64,000 nt of DNA, taken from an uncultured Actinomycetota bacterium (GTDB taxonomy: Bacteria > Actinomycetota > Actinomycetes > JACCUZ01). Each line of letters starts with the position of its first letter. Position 1 is the stretch's first letter. The notes beneath the pieces are model-generated. The model searched no databases, was not told where the DNA came from, and was given only the letters and a program-made list of their open reading frames with translations. The stretch is taken from NCBI GenBank assembly GCA_963757295.1, contig CAVWQZ010000007.1, positions 78,303 through 142,302 of the forward strand, in the 5' to 3' direction. Below, piece after piece: positions 23,873-33,239 of the stretch. The translations under genes were made by a program, and so were the position numbers.

Positions 23873-24231
23873 CCGACCGGATCGCGTTGCGCGGGCTGCG
23901 CGCGGTGGGCCACCACGGGGTCTACGCCGAGGAGCGCGCGAACGGGCAGCCGTTCGTCGTCGACGTCGTTCTCGAGGTCGACACCCGCGCGGCCGCGGCG
24001 AGCGACGACGTGACCGACACGGTCCACTACGGCGAGCTGGCCGTGCGTGTCGTCGCGGTGGTCGAGGGTGAGCCGGTGAACCTGATCGAGACCCTCGCGC
24101 AGCGCATCGCCGACGTGTGTCTCGACGACGACCGCGTGGCCGCCGTCGAGGTCACGGTGCACAAGCCCGAGGCGCCGGTGGGCGTCGAGTTCAGTGACGT
24201 CGCCGTCTCGATCGTCCGGCGGCGCGGATGA
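23869..24231 (+). CDS. folB: dihydroneopterin aldolase
   Basis: GTG 23869 overlaps the previous stop (GTGA). [38 protein letters not shown]...VHYGELA...[10 protein letters not shown]...VTVHKPEAP. Confidence 0.85.
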   Translation: [120 protein letters not shown]

Positions 24232-24752
24232 CGACGTCGTCGTCACGTCGGGCGGCCCTCGCCCTCGGCAGCAACCAGGGCAACCGGCTCGAGATCCTGC
24301 AGGGCGCGGTCGACGCGCTGGCCGAGACCGACGGGGTGGAGATCGCGGCCGTGTCCGGCGTCTTCGAGACCGATCCGGTCGGCGGCCCGCAGCAGCCGGA
24401 CTACCTCAACGCCGTGGTCGTCGTGCTGACGACGCTGTCGGCCCGCGAGCTGCTCGGCCGCGCACACGAGATCGAGCAGCGGTTCGGCCGGGTGCGGGTC
24501 GAACGCTGGGGCCCGCGGACCCTCGACGTCGACATCGTGGCGGTGGGCGACGAGCTCGTCGACGAGCCTGACCTCGTCGTCCCGCACCCGAGGGCGGCGG
24601 AGCGCGCGTTCGTGCTGCTGCCGTGGCTGGACGCGGACCCCGATGCGGCGCTGCCCGGCCGCGGGCCGATCGCCGACCTGCTGACCGGGCTCGAGACCAC
24701 GGGAGTCCGACCCCGCTCGGACCTGTCCCTGCACCGGGAGCCGGCCCCGTGA
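24228..24752 (+). CDS. folK: 2-amino-4-hydroxy-6-hydroxymethyldihydropteridine diphosphokinase
   Basis: ATG 24228 overlaps the folB stop (ATGA). AALALGSNQGNR...FETDPVGGPQQPDYLNAVV...RWGPRTLDVDIV...VPHPRAAERAFVLLPW. Confidence 0.9.
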   Translation: MTTSSSRRAALALGSNQGNRLEILQGAVDALAETDGVEIAAVSGVFETDPVGGPQQPDYLNAVVVVLTTLSARELLGRAHEIEQRFGRVRVERWGPRTLDVDIVAVGDELVDEPDLVVPHPRAAERAFVLLPWLDADPDAALPGRGPIADLLTGLETTGVRPRSDLSLHREPAP

Positions 24753-25228
24753 GGCCGACCAGGCTGAGCACCCTGCTCGCGCTGCTGCTCGGGACGGGCG
24801 CCGTGTCCTGGGGAGCGCTCCGCATCGCCGAGAGCCGCGGCACCGTGCTGCCCCCGCTGCCCTGGGCCGCGCCGCTGGGCATCGCGTTCCTCGCCACGGC
24901 GGTCGCGTTGTCCACCGTCGCCCTGCGGCGCCGGCTGAGCGGTGTCCCCGGCACCAAGCCACCGCAGCCGATCGGCGTGGCGCGGATGGCCGTGCTCGGC
25001 AAGGCTGCGTCGCACGTCGGCGCGCTCGTCGGTGGCGCCTACGGCGGCTACTTCGTGTTCCTCCTGCCCAGCCTGGACATCGGTGGCCGCCGTGACCGCG
25101 CGCTGGTCGCCGGCGCGGCGCTGGTCGCGGCGGTCCTGCTGACCGCGGCCGGGCTCCTGCTCGAGCGCGCCTGCCGGGTGCGGCCACCCGGCGGCGACCA
25201 GCCCGACGCCCCGTCGGCCCCAGCCTGA
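24749..25228 (+). CDS. DUF3180-type membrane protein (Rv3605c position)
   Basis: GTG 24749 overlaps the folK stop. Four hydrophobic helices. Conserved position after folK in actinobacteria. Confidence 0.7.
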   Translation: MRPTRLSTLLALLLGTGAVSWGALRIAESRGTVLPPLPWAAPLGIAFLATAVALSTVALRRRLSGVPGTKPPQPIGVARMAVLGKAASHVGALVGGAYGGYFVFLLPSLDIGGRRDRALVAGAALVAAVLLTAAGLLLERACRVRPPGGDQPDAPSAPA

Positions 25229-25239
25229 GCGCGCCCCGG

Positions 25240-26284
25240 ATGCACCGCGCGCGGCTGGCCGCCCAGCTCCTCAGCGGGGCGCCTGCCCGGACGGCCGAGG
25301 ACGTCGTACGACGTCTGCTTGCCGTGCAGGGCCAGGACCCCCGCGGCGCGCGGCTCGCGATCCGCAGCCGCTCGGTCGGCCTGACAGCAGCCGACGTGGA
25401 CACGGCGCTGACCGACGGGACCCTCCTCATCAGCTGGCTCAACCGCGGCACGCTGCACCTGGTGACGCCCGAGGACTACTGGTGGCTGCACCCGCTGACC
25501 ACGCCCCAGCTGAAGACCGGCAACCTGCGACGGCTCGCGCAGGAAGGTGTCAGTCCCGCGCAGGCCGAGCGCGGCGCCGAGATCGTCGCCGCAGCCGTGG
25601 CCGAGGGGCCGCGCACGCGCGCCGAGCTGCGCACCGCCCTGGACGCCGGCGGTGTGCCCACCGGCGGCCAGGCCGTGGTGCACGTCCTGCTCGCGGCGAC
25701 CCTGCGCGGGCACGTGGTGCGCGGCCCGATGCGCGGCAGGGAGCAGGCCTTCGTCGCCGTACGGGACTGGCTGGGCGATCCGCCGGAGCTGCCCGACCGC
25801 GACGAGCTGCTGGCGCGGCTGGCGCGGCGCTACCTCGCCGGTCACGGCCCGGCCGACGCCCGCGACCTCGCCAAGTGGGCGGGGATCACCCTGGGCGACG
25901 CCCGCCGCGGGCTGACGGCCATCGGCGACGAGGTGGAGCCGTACGGCGAGGGGCTGGTCGACCTCGCCGAGCCGGAGCGCGCCGCCGCGACTGCCGCCGC
26001 CGCGGCTGCTCGGTGCCTTCGACCCGTTGCTGCTCGGCTGGGTGTCGCGGGAGGCGGTCATCGGCGAGCACCATCACGTCGTGACGTCCAACGGCATGTT
26101 CCACCCGGTTGCCCTCGTCGGGGGGCGGGCCGTGGCCACGTGGGGTGTCAGCGCCGGGGTGCTGACGGTCTCGGCCCTGGAACCGATGCGGCCGGCGGCG
26201 TTGAAGGCGCTTCGTGCCGATGCCCGCGATGTCCTGCGCTTCCTCGGGCTGCCCGACCGTCCCGCCGTGGTCAGATCCGGCTGA
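25240..26284 (+). CDS. winged-helix DNA-binding domain protein of the AlkZ/YcaQ (DUF1006) DNA-glycosylase-like family; frame break near 25995
   Basis: MHRARLAAQLLSGAPARTAEDVVRRLLAVQGQDPRGARLAIRSR...WLNRGTLHLV... (first ~250 aa of track ORF 25240..28134), plus ...LLGWVSREAVIGEHHHVVTSNGMFHPVALVGGRAVATW... (ORF 26027..26284). Confidence 0.75.
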
Positions 26285-27454
26285 TCGAGTCCAGGTCGAC
26301 CTCGCCGCGCTGGAGCCCCTGGGCCTCGGACTCGACCGACCGGCGCAGCGCCTCGTGCAGAGCGGCCGGCGTCAGCACCCCGAGGAAGCGGTCTCCTTCG
26401 AGCACGGCCACCCAGCCGGCGTCGTGCTGCAGCATCTCGCTGAACGCCCGCTTCAGGGAGGCTCCGACGGGAAGCCACGCGTCCATCCGCTGCGCCCGGC
26501 TGCGCACCGTCTCGTTGCGGTCGGCGCCCTCGGCCGCGTCGGCCGCGATCCAGCCGTGCAACGCGTCGTTGTCGTCGAGCACCACGGCCCACCGCGCCCC
26601 GGCCGCGCGCAGCGATGCAGTGGCGTCGGCCAGCCGGTCGGTGAGGTGGACGACGGGTGGGTGTTCCAGGTCGGCCACGTCGATCGGTGTCACGGAGAGC
26701 CGCTTGAGACCGCGGTCACTGCCGACGAAGTCAGCCACGAACGGTGTCGCAGGCGCGCCGAGGATCGTCGCGGGGCGCGTCGTACTGCTCGAGGTGACCG
26801 CCCTGGGAGAACACCGCGACCTTGTCGCCGAGCAGGACCGCCTCGTCCAGGTCGTGGGTCACGAACAGCACGGTCTTGTCGACCTCCTGCATCAGCCGGA
26901 GGAACTCGCCCTGCAGCCGCTCCCGCACGATCGGGTCCACCGCGCCGAACGGCTCGTCCATCAGCAGCACCGGCGGGTCCGCGGCGAGTGCCCGTGCCAC
27001 GCCGACCCGCTGTCGCTGCCCGCCCGAGAGCTGGGAGGGGTAGCGGTTGGCGTGCTGCTCGAGACCGACGAGGGTCAGCAGCTCGGCGACCCGCTCGGCG
27101 ATGCGCTTGCGGTCCCAGCCCAGCAGCTTGGGCACGGTGGCGACGTTGGCGCTCACCGTCTCGTGGGGGAAGAGCCCGACGTTCTGGATGACGTAGCCGA
27201 TCCGGCGCCGCAGCTGGACGACGTTGGTGCGCATGACGTCCTGGCCGTCGACGGTGATCGTCCCGCCGGTCGGCTCGAAGAGCCGGTTGACCATCTTCAT
27301 CGTCGTGGTCTTTCCGCAGCCGGACGGGCCGACCAGCGTGACCACGTCGCCCTTCGCCACGTCGAAGCTCAGATCCTCGACCGCGACGGTCCCGTCGGGG
27401 AAGACCTTCCGGCACGTGGTCGAACCGGATCATCGGCTGTTCGCTACGGTCCAT
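26271..27454 (-). CDS. glycine betaine/choline-type ABC transporter ATP-binding protein with C-terminal CBS pair; frame breaks near 27395 and 26770
   Basis: MDRSEQPMIRFDHV.. | Walker A GPSGCGKTT, LSGGQRQRVGVARAL, LLMDEPFGAVD (ORF 26731..27360) | FVADFVGSDRGLKRL...CBS region (ORF 26271..26738). Confidence 0.85.
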
Positions 27455-27483
27455 CCGTGCGTCCTCTCTCGACCGGCTGCCTG

Positions 27484-28134
27484 GTGCGCAATGACTGGAT
27501 CTGCGGTGAGTACCTCCGCAGTCGCCGGCCGGAGCTCCAAGATGCTCTGGTCCAGCACATCACACTCACCGTCGTGGCGGTGGTGGTCGGTCTGGCCGTG
27601 GCCGTGCCGCTGGCGATCGTGGCCCGGCGCGTGCACCTGACCCAGCTGATCCTGGGCGCCGCGACCGTGATCTACACGATCCCGTCCGTCGCGCTGTTCT
27701 CCTTCTTCATCCCGTTCACCGGCATCAGCGCGGCGACGGTCGCGATCGGCCTCGTCCTCTACTCGTTGACCGTGCTGGTCCGCAACGTGCTCGCCGGGCT
27801 CGATGCCGTCCCGGACGACGTGCTCGAGGCGGCCCGCGGGATGGGCATGGGCCCCACCCGGATGATGACTCGCGTTCAGCTGCCGCTCGCGCTGCCGGCG
27901 ATCATGGCCGGGGTCCGGATCGCGACGGTGTCCACCATCTCGCTCACGACGGTGGGCGGCATCATCAACTACGGCGGGCTGGGCAACCTCATCTTCAGCG
28001 GGCTGCAGACGTCGTTCCGGCCGCAGGTGCTCGTCGCGTCGGTCCTCTGCGTGGTCCTGGCGATCACCGCCGACCTGGCTCTGCTCGGCGTACAACGCAT
28101 GATCACGCCCTGGCAGCGGGTGGCCGCACGATGA
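27484..28134 (+). CDS. ABC transporter permease (OpuCB/ProW-like)
   Basis: Last 216 aa of the chimeric track ORF 25240..28134: VRNDWICGEYLRSRRPELQDALVQHITLTVVAVVVGLAVAVPL...EAARGMGMGPTRMMTRVQLPLALPAIMAG. The GTG start is approximate. Confidence 0.8.
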   Translation: MRNDWICGEYLRSRRPELQDALVQHITLTVVAVVVGLAVAVPLAIVARRVHLTQLILGAATVIYTIPSVALFSFFIPFTGISAATVAIGLVLYSLTVLVRNVLAGLDAVPDDVLEAARGMGMGPTRMMTRVQLPLALPAIMAGVRIATVSTISLTTVGGIINYGGLGNLIFSGLQTSFRPQVLVASVLCVVLAITADLALLGVQRMITPWQRVAAR

Positions 28135-28828
28135 CTCCCATGAGTGCCTTCGGCGACGTGGCCGCCTGGTTGACCGACCCCGACAACTGGCACGGCGCCG
28201 CGGGCATCCCGGCGCGGACCTGGGAGCACCTGGTGCTCGCCGGAGTCTCCCTCGTCGGTCGTCTGCGCGCTGGCCCTTCCCGCTCGCGCTCTGGCTCGGG
28301 CACATCGGCAAGGGGGGAGCGCTCGCGATCAACGTGACGAACATCGGCCGCGCGGTGCCCGTCTTCGCCGTCCTCGTCCTGCTGGCCATCGGGCCGCTCG
28401 GGCTGGGTGCGACCGCGACGATCGTCGCGCTGATCCTGTTCGGCATCCCGCCGGTGCTCACCAACGCCTACGTGGGGATGCGCGAGGTCGACCGGGACAC
28501 CGTCGAGGCTGCTCGCGGCATGGGCATGACCGGGTGGCAGACGCTCCGGCAGGTCGAGGTGCCCCTGGCCCTGCCGCTGATCCTGACCGGGATCCGGCTG
28601 GCCGCCGTGCAGATCATCGCCACCGCCACGTTGGGGGCCTTCGTCCTGGGTGGCGGGCTCGGCCGGTTCATCAACTCGGGGTTCGGGCGCCAGGACCAGG
28701 CCGAGCTGGTGGGCGGCGCCATCCTCGTCGCGGCGCTGGCCCTGACGGTCGAGGGGGCTTTCGAATTGTTGCAACGTCGTCTCGATCCGCTCAGGCGGGT
28801 TGCCCGACTGTCGGGCCGCCGTGTTTGA
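28131..28828 (+). CDS. ABC transporter permease (OpuCD-like); two closely spaced frame breaks at about 28257-28283
   Basis: ATG 28131 overlaps the previous stop (ATGA). MTPMSAFGDVAAWLTDPDNW...LAGVSLV | VVCALALP | LALWLGHIGKGGALAINVTNIGRAVP... EAARGMGMTGWQTLRQVEVPLALPLILTG (ORF 28334..28828). Confidence 0.8.
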
Positions 28829-28919
28829 CTGATGGCGAAGCGGGTGCAGCGCGCGCCCGCCCGACACGCGCGGATCGAGCCGTCGGCTCGCCGCGGGACA
28901 CAGAAGGCGGGTGGTTACT

Positions 28920-29864
28920 ATGCGCTCCCGGCGCCTCATTTCCCTGGTCGGCATCCTGGCATCGGTCGCGATCGTGGCGACTGCGTGCGGTGACGACAAC
29001 AAGCTCGACTCGACCGACAGCGACGCGAAGAGCACCACCAAGAAGGGTGCGGTCGTCGTCGGCTCGGCCGGCTTCACCGAGATCCAGCTGATGGCCGAGA
29101 TGTACAAGCTGCTGCTGGACAAGGCGGGCTACACCGCGTCCATCAAGGTCGTGCAGAACCGCGAGGTCTACGAGCCGGCGCTGGAGAAGGGCGACATCGA
29201 CGTCGTCCCCGACTACGCCGCGACGATGACGGAGTTCCTCAACGTCAAGAAGAACGGCCCGACGGCCAAGACGGTTGCGACCAACGACAAGGACGAGACC
29301 GTCACTGCGCTGAACGAGCTGGGCGAGCCCCTCGGCATCAAGGCCCTCACGGCCGCCGAGGCGGTCGACCAGAACGCGTTCGCCGCGACCAAGGAGGCCG
29401 CAGCCGAGAAGGGCAGCAAGCTCTCCGACTGGGAGGGTGAGTCGGTCAAGCTGGCGGCGACCGAGGAGTGCCCCGACCGTCCGTTCTGCCAGCCGGGCCT
29501 GGAGAAGACCTACGGCATCAAGGTCACCGAGGTGCTGCCGCTCGGCTTCGGCACCGCGCAGGTCAAGGAGGCGGTCACCAGCGGCAAGGCCGACCTCGGC
29601 CTGACCGGCACCACCGACGCCACCCTGGCCGACCTGGGGCTGGTCATCATCGAGGACGACAAGGGCCTGCAGCTGGCCGACAACCTCGTCCCGGTCGTCG
29701 GCAAGGACTTCGCTGACGACGCCGACCTGGCCGACGCGCTGAACGCGCTTGCCGACAAGCTGACGACCGACGACCTGGCCAGCCTGAACAAGAAGGTCGA
29801 CGGCGAGCGGCAGAAGGCCGCCGACGTGGCCAAGGAGTTCCTGACGTCCAAGGGCCTGCTCTAA
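28920..29864 (+). CDS. glycine betaine ABC transporter substrate-binding lipoprotein (OpuAC/OsmF family)
   Basis: ORF 28911..29864. MRSRRLISLVGILASVAIVATACGDD lipobox. ...VVVGSAGFTEIQLMAEMYKLLL...DVVPDYAAT... Confidence 0.85.
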   Translation: MRSRRLISLVGILASVAIVATACGDDNKLDSTDSDAKSTTKKGAVVVGSAGFTEIQLMAEMYKLLLDKAGYTASIKVVQNREVYEPALEKGDIDVVPDYAATMTEFLNVKKNGPTAKTVATNDKDETVTALNELGEPLGIKALTAAEAVDQNAFAATKEAAAEKGSKLSDWEGESVKLAATEECPDRPFCQPGLEKTYGIKVTEVLPLGFGTAQVKEAVTSGKADLGLTGTTDATLADLGLVIIEDDKGLQLADNLVPVVGKDFADDADLADALNALADKLTTDDLASLNKKVDGERQKAADVAKEFLTSKGLL

Positions 29865-29896
29865 GGAGTCAGGCGCTCAACGGTCAGCCTGCAACG

Positions 29897-29924
29897 GCTC
29901 GCCGCCCCGCACGGGGCGGCGAGC
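29897..29924. terminator. 12-bp perfect stem hairpin GCTCGCCGCCCC-gcac-GGGGCGGCGAGC between convergent genes
   Basis: Read directly. It lies 33 nt after the SBP stop and 8 nt after the VOC stop on the other strand. No U-tract (I-shaped, typical for actinobacteria). Confidence 0.65.
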
Positions 29925-29931
29925 TGTTCGC

Positions 29932-30655
29932 TTATCGGGGGGTCAGCACGCAGAACTCGTTGCCGTCGGGATCGGCCATCACGACCCAGCCGACCTCGCC
30001 CTGGCCGATGTCGATGCGCGTCGCCCCGAGGGAGACGAGCCGGTCGACCTCCGCCTGCTGATCGCCGTCGACCGGCGGAGCGAGGTCGAAGTGCATCCGG
30101 TTCTTCCCGGTCTTCGGCCGCACCGGCGGACCGCCCCAGGCGATCTTCGTGCCGCCGGCCGGCGACTGGATCGCGGTCTCCTCGTCCTGGTCCCAGACCA
30201 ACGGCCAGCCCAGCGCCTCGCTCCAGAACTAGCCCGACCTCCCGCGAGCCGTCGCAGGCCAGCTCTCCGAGGAACCCGCAGCCGGCAAGGAAGCTGTTGC
30301 CCGGCTCGATCACGCAGAACTCGTTGCCCTCGGGATCGGCGAGCACCACGTGACCCTCCTCCGGGAGCTGACCGACGTCGAGGTGCCGGCCGCCGAGCCC
30401 GAGCGCCCTGGCCACCGTCTGCTGCTGGTCCTCGAGGGAGGTGCTCGTCAGGTGGAGGTGCATCTGGTTCGGGCCGGTCTTCTGCTCCTGGGTCGGCTGG
30501 AACCGGATGCCGAACCCGGTGCCATCACTCGGCAGGAGCGCGATGCCGTCGGCGGGGTCGTCGGCCATCTCCCGGCCCAGGACGCCGGCCCAGAACGGCG
30601 CGAGACGGTGCGGGTCGTTGGCGTCGATGCTGAGCGCGACGAGGTGAGAGGTCAC
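29932..30655 (-). CDS. two-domain VOC (glyoxalase/bleomycin-resistance fold) protein; frame break/TAG at about 30228
   Basis: VTSHLVALSIDANDPHRLAPFWAGVLG...HLHL...ADPEGNEFCV (in the frame of ORF 29861..31300), then FWSEALGWPLVWDQDEE...MHFDL...ADPDGNEFCVLTPR (ORF 29932..30201). The junction reads GTCGGGCTAGTTCTGG, with 4 nt between codons EVG and FWS. GTG 30655 overlaps the upstream stop. Confidence 0.75.
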
Positions 30656-31248
30656 AACAGCTCGCCGCCCTGCACCGGGACGGCGAGCGTGTTGCCGGGG
30701 GGAGCCAGCGGGCAGGTCCAGGCCGGGTCGTAGGCGCAGGACGGGTTGTAGGCGAAGTTGAGGTCGACGACGAGCTGGCCCGCCCGGACGTCGCCGCCGA
30801 GGTCGGCGCCCTTCACGGTGTCGAGCAGATAGCGGCCGCCGCCGTAGGTCTCCCGGCCGGCCCCGGCGTCCTTCACCGGCACGAACAGGCCACCGCCGTA
30901 CGAGTCCAGCCACCAGGCATCGAGGTCGCCCAGGCCGGGCAGGCGCAGGACGCCGATCCGCTCGAACGGCACGACGCCGTCCGTCGCGGTCGGCACCTCG
31001 AGCCGTTGGGGCTCCACATCGGCGTCGAGGGTGACCTCGAAGCGCAGCGCCGGGTCGTAGGGCGCGACGTTGAGACCGGTGAATGCGGCTCGGGCCTCGG
31101 GCAGCAGCGGTGAGTCCGGATGCGTCGCGAAGAGCTCGTCGCGGGTCGTGCGCCAGAACTCGTGCGCCGAGACGGGGTCGGGCTCGGCCCGCACCCGCGC
31201 GTAGAGGTCGCGCACCTGGCGGCGCCAGTCGAGCAGGGTGAGGCTCAT
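30652..31248 (-). CDS. DUF1684 domain protein
   Basis: Intact ORF. ...GGGRYLLDTVKGADLG...VVDLNFAYNPSCAYDPAWTCPLAPPGN... Confidence 0.75.
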   Translation of the reverse strand: MSLTLLDWRRQVRDLYARVRAEPDPVSAHEFWRTTRDELFATHPDSPLLPEARAAFTGLNVAPYDPALRFEVTLDADVEPQRLEVPTATDGVVPFERIGVLRLPGLGDLDAWWLDSYGGGLFVPVKDAGAGRETYGGGRYLLDTVKGADLGGDVRAGQLVVDLNFAYNPSCAYDPAWTCPLAPPGNTLAVPVQGGELL

Positions 31249-31330
31249 GGGTGTTCAGCCTGTCACGGGCTGTAAAGATCGCTGCGCGAGCCTCCGACAC
31301 TTCGCCGGCCGACCGGCGTAGCGTCCGGGC

Positions 31331-31978
31331 ATGGCCGCTAGCCGCCGCGTTTCCCCCGCAGCCGCTCGTCCGCCCGCTTCCAGCGCTTCGCGCGCTCGGG
31401 GCCGGCGACGGCGACCGTCCCTATGGCGCCGGGTCCTGCTGGCCCTCCCGCGCCCCACCCCCCGCGCGCCGCGCGTCGACCCGACCACCGCGCTGCAGCA
31501 CGAGGTGCACGAGCTGCGCCTCGCGGTGGCTGCCCTTCGGGCCGAGGTCGCGATGCTCCACGAGCGCCCACCCGTCCAGGTGGCCGCCGCGCCCGAGCCG
31601 GTCGTCGACCTGCGCGGTCCCGCTGCCGTCACGCTGGTCCTGCCGCTCGCCCGTGCGGCGGCCCTGGCAGGTGTCCCGGCCGACGGGGTCGTGTCCCTCG
31701 ACCTCGGAACCGACACGGCACCGACCGAGATCGTGCTGCCGCCAGCAGCGGCACCCGCTCCGGTCGCGGCCGCCCACCAGTCGGTGGCGCCCCGAGTGGC
31801 TGTGCTGCCGGAGGCGCCGCTGCTCGACCCGCGGCTGGCTCGGGTGGCCGAGGCGCTCGACGACCTGCTCGGCGACGACGGCGCCCAGCAGCCGGTCGGC
31901 GCCTCGCAGCGCGAACCGCCTGACCCCCTCCGCGACCGCCTGACCGCTTCACGCTGCCCCACGAAGATCGTTCGCTGA
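31331..31978 (+). CDS. hypothetical Ala/Pro-rich protein with a short coiled-coil (ALQHEVHELRLAVAALRAEVAMLHE)
   Basis: ORF 31331..31978. GC-rich third positions from ~31430 onward. The 5' 100 nt look non-coding or frameshifted. No recognisable family. Confidence 0.35.
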   Translation: MAASRRVSPAAARPPASSASRARGRRRRPSLWRRVLLALPRPTPRAPRVDPTTALQHEVHELRLAVAALRAEVAMLHERPPVQVAAAPEPVVDLRGPAAVTLVLPLARAAALAGVPADGVVSLDLGTDTAPTEIVLPPAAAPAPVAAAHQSVAPRVAVLPEAPLLDPRLARVAEALDDLLGDDGAQQPVGASQREPPDPLRDRLTASRCPTKIVR

Positions 31979-32032
31979 CGTTCCGCTGCGACTCGCCGGG
32001 CGTGTCCCTGCAGTTCGCAGCGAATGATCTTC
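31963..32032. terminator. 15-nt inverted repeat (GAAGATCGTTCGCTG ... CAGCGAATGATCTTC, 14/15) with a 40-nt spacer between convergent genes
   Basis: Arms 31963-31977 and 32018-32032, read directly. Located in a lower-GC spacer before the NuoD-like stop (32042). Confidence 0.4.
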
Positions 32033-32041
32033 CGCGACTGG

Positions 32042-33208
32042 CTACTTGTCGATGTCGCCGACGACGAAGAACGTCGAGCCGAGGATCGCCACCATGTCGG
32101 CGACCAGCGCGCCGGGCAGCAGCTCGCTGAGCACCTGGATGTTGTTGAACGACGCCGACCGCAGCTTCAGCCGCCACGGCGTCTTCTCGCCCTTGGACAC
32201 CAGGTAGTAGCCGTTGATCCCGAGCGGGTTCTCGGTCCACGCGTAGACCGCGCCCTCCGGCACCTTGAGCACCTTGGGCAGCCGGACGTTGATCGGTCCC
32301 TGAGGCAGCGCCGCCAACCGGTCCAGGCACTGGTCGGCCAGGTCGAGGGAGACCTGCACCTGCTCCATCAGGCACTCGAACCGGGCCAGGCAGTCGCCGG
32401 CGGTGCGCGTCACGACCGGGACGTCGAGCTCGCCGTACGCGAGGTAGGGCTCGTCGCGACGCAGGTCCAGGTCGACCCCGGAGGCCCGCGCGATCGGCCC
32501 GCTCACGCCGTACGCGTGGATCTGCTCGGGGGAGAGCACGCCGACGCCCTTGGTGCGGGCCCGGAAGATCTCGTTGCCCATGATGAGGTTGTCGATGTCG
32601 GGCAGCCGACGGCGTACGTCGTGGACGGCGGTGCGTGCGCGACCGGTCCACCCGGCGGGCAGGTCCTCCTTGAGGCCGCCGACCCGGTTGAACATGTAGT
32701 GCATCCGGCCGCCGGAGATCTCCTCCATCACCGCCTGCAGCGTCTCGCGCTCGCGGAACGCGTAGAAGATCGGCGTGATGGCGCCGAGCTCGATCGGGTA
32801 GGAGCCGAGGAACATCAGGTGGTTGAGCACGCGGTTGAGCTCGGCCAGCAACGTGCGCGCCCAGACCGCGCGAACCGGAACCTCCATGCCGAGCATCTGC
32901 TCGGCGGCCAGCACCACACCGAGCTCGTTGGCGAAGGCCGACAGCCAGTCGTGGCGGTTGGCGAGCACGATGATCTGCCGGTAGTCGCGGACCTCGAAGA
33001 GCTTCTCGGCGCCGCGGTGCATGTAGCCGACGATCGGCTCGGCGGTGACGATGCGCTCGCCGTCGAGGGTGATGCGCAACCGCAGGACGCCGTGGGTGGA
33101 GGGGTGCTGCGGGCCGATGTTGAGCACCATGTCCTGGGTGGCGATCCGGCTCCCGTCGTCGACGAGGTCGGCGCCCGCACCCATGCCGACGATGCGCTCG
33201 GTGCTCAC
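32042..33208 (-). CDS. stand-alone NuoD (NADH-quinone oxidoreductase subunit D / NiFe-hydrogenase large-subunit-like) paralog
   Basis: Intact 388-aa [28 protein letters not shown], ...[36 protein letters not shown]. No Cys Ni-Fe ligand motifs. No other nuo genes in the window. Confidence 0.9.
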   Translation of the reverse strand: MSTERIVGMGAGADLVDDGSRIATQDMVLNIGPQHPSTHGVLRLRITLDGERIVTAEPIVGYMHRGAEKLFEVRDYRQIIVLANRHDWLSAFANELGVVLAAEQMLGMEVPVRAVWARTLLAELNRVLNHLMFLGSYPIELGAITPIFYAFRERETLQAVMEEISGGRMHYMFNRVGGLKEDLPAGWTGRARTAVHDVRRRLPDIDNLIMGNEIFRARTKGVGVLSPEQIHAYGVSGPIARASGVDLDLRRDEPYLAYGELDVPVVTRTAGDCLARFECLMEQVQVSLDLADQCLDRLAALPQGPINVRLPKVLKVPEGAVYAWTENPLGINGYYLVSKGEKTPWRLKLRSASFNNIQVLSELLPGALVADMVAILGSTFFVVGDIDK

Positions 33209-33239
33209 GGGCCGAGTCTGCCAGCACTAGCCTCGGGGC

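Noticed and set aside
25240-28134. 964-aa plus-strand ORF. The same applies to 16910..18820 (636 aa), 41685..43739 (684 aa), 48120..49814 (564 aa) and 60865..62232 (455 aa).
   Set aside because: These are chimeras. Only parts correspond to real proteins (AlkZ-like N-part plus permease C-part; metalloprotease fragments; panC; globin N-part; PIG-L C-part). The rest is read-through antisense or out-of-frame sequence caused by missing stops or frame breaks.
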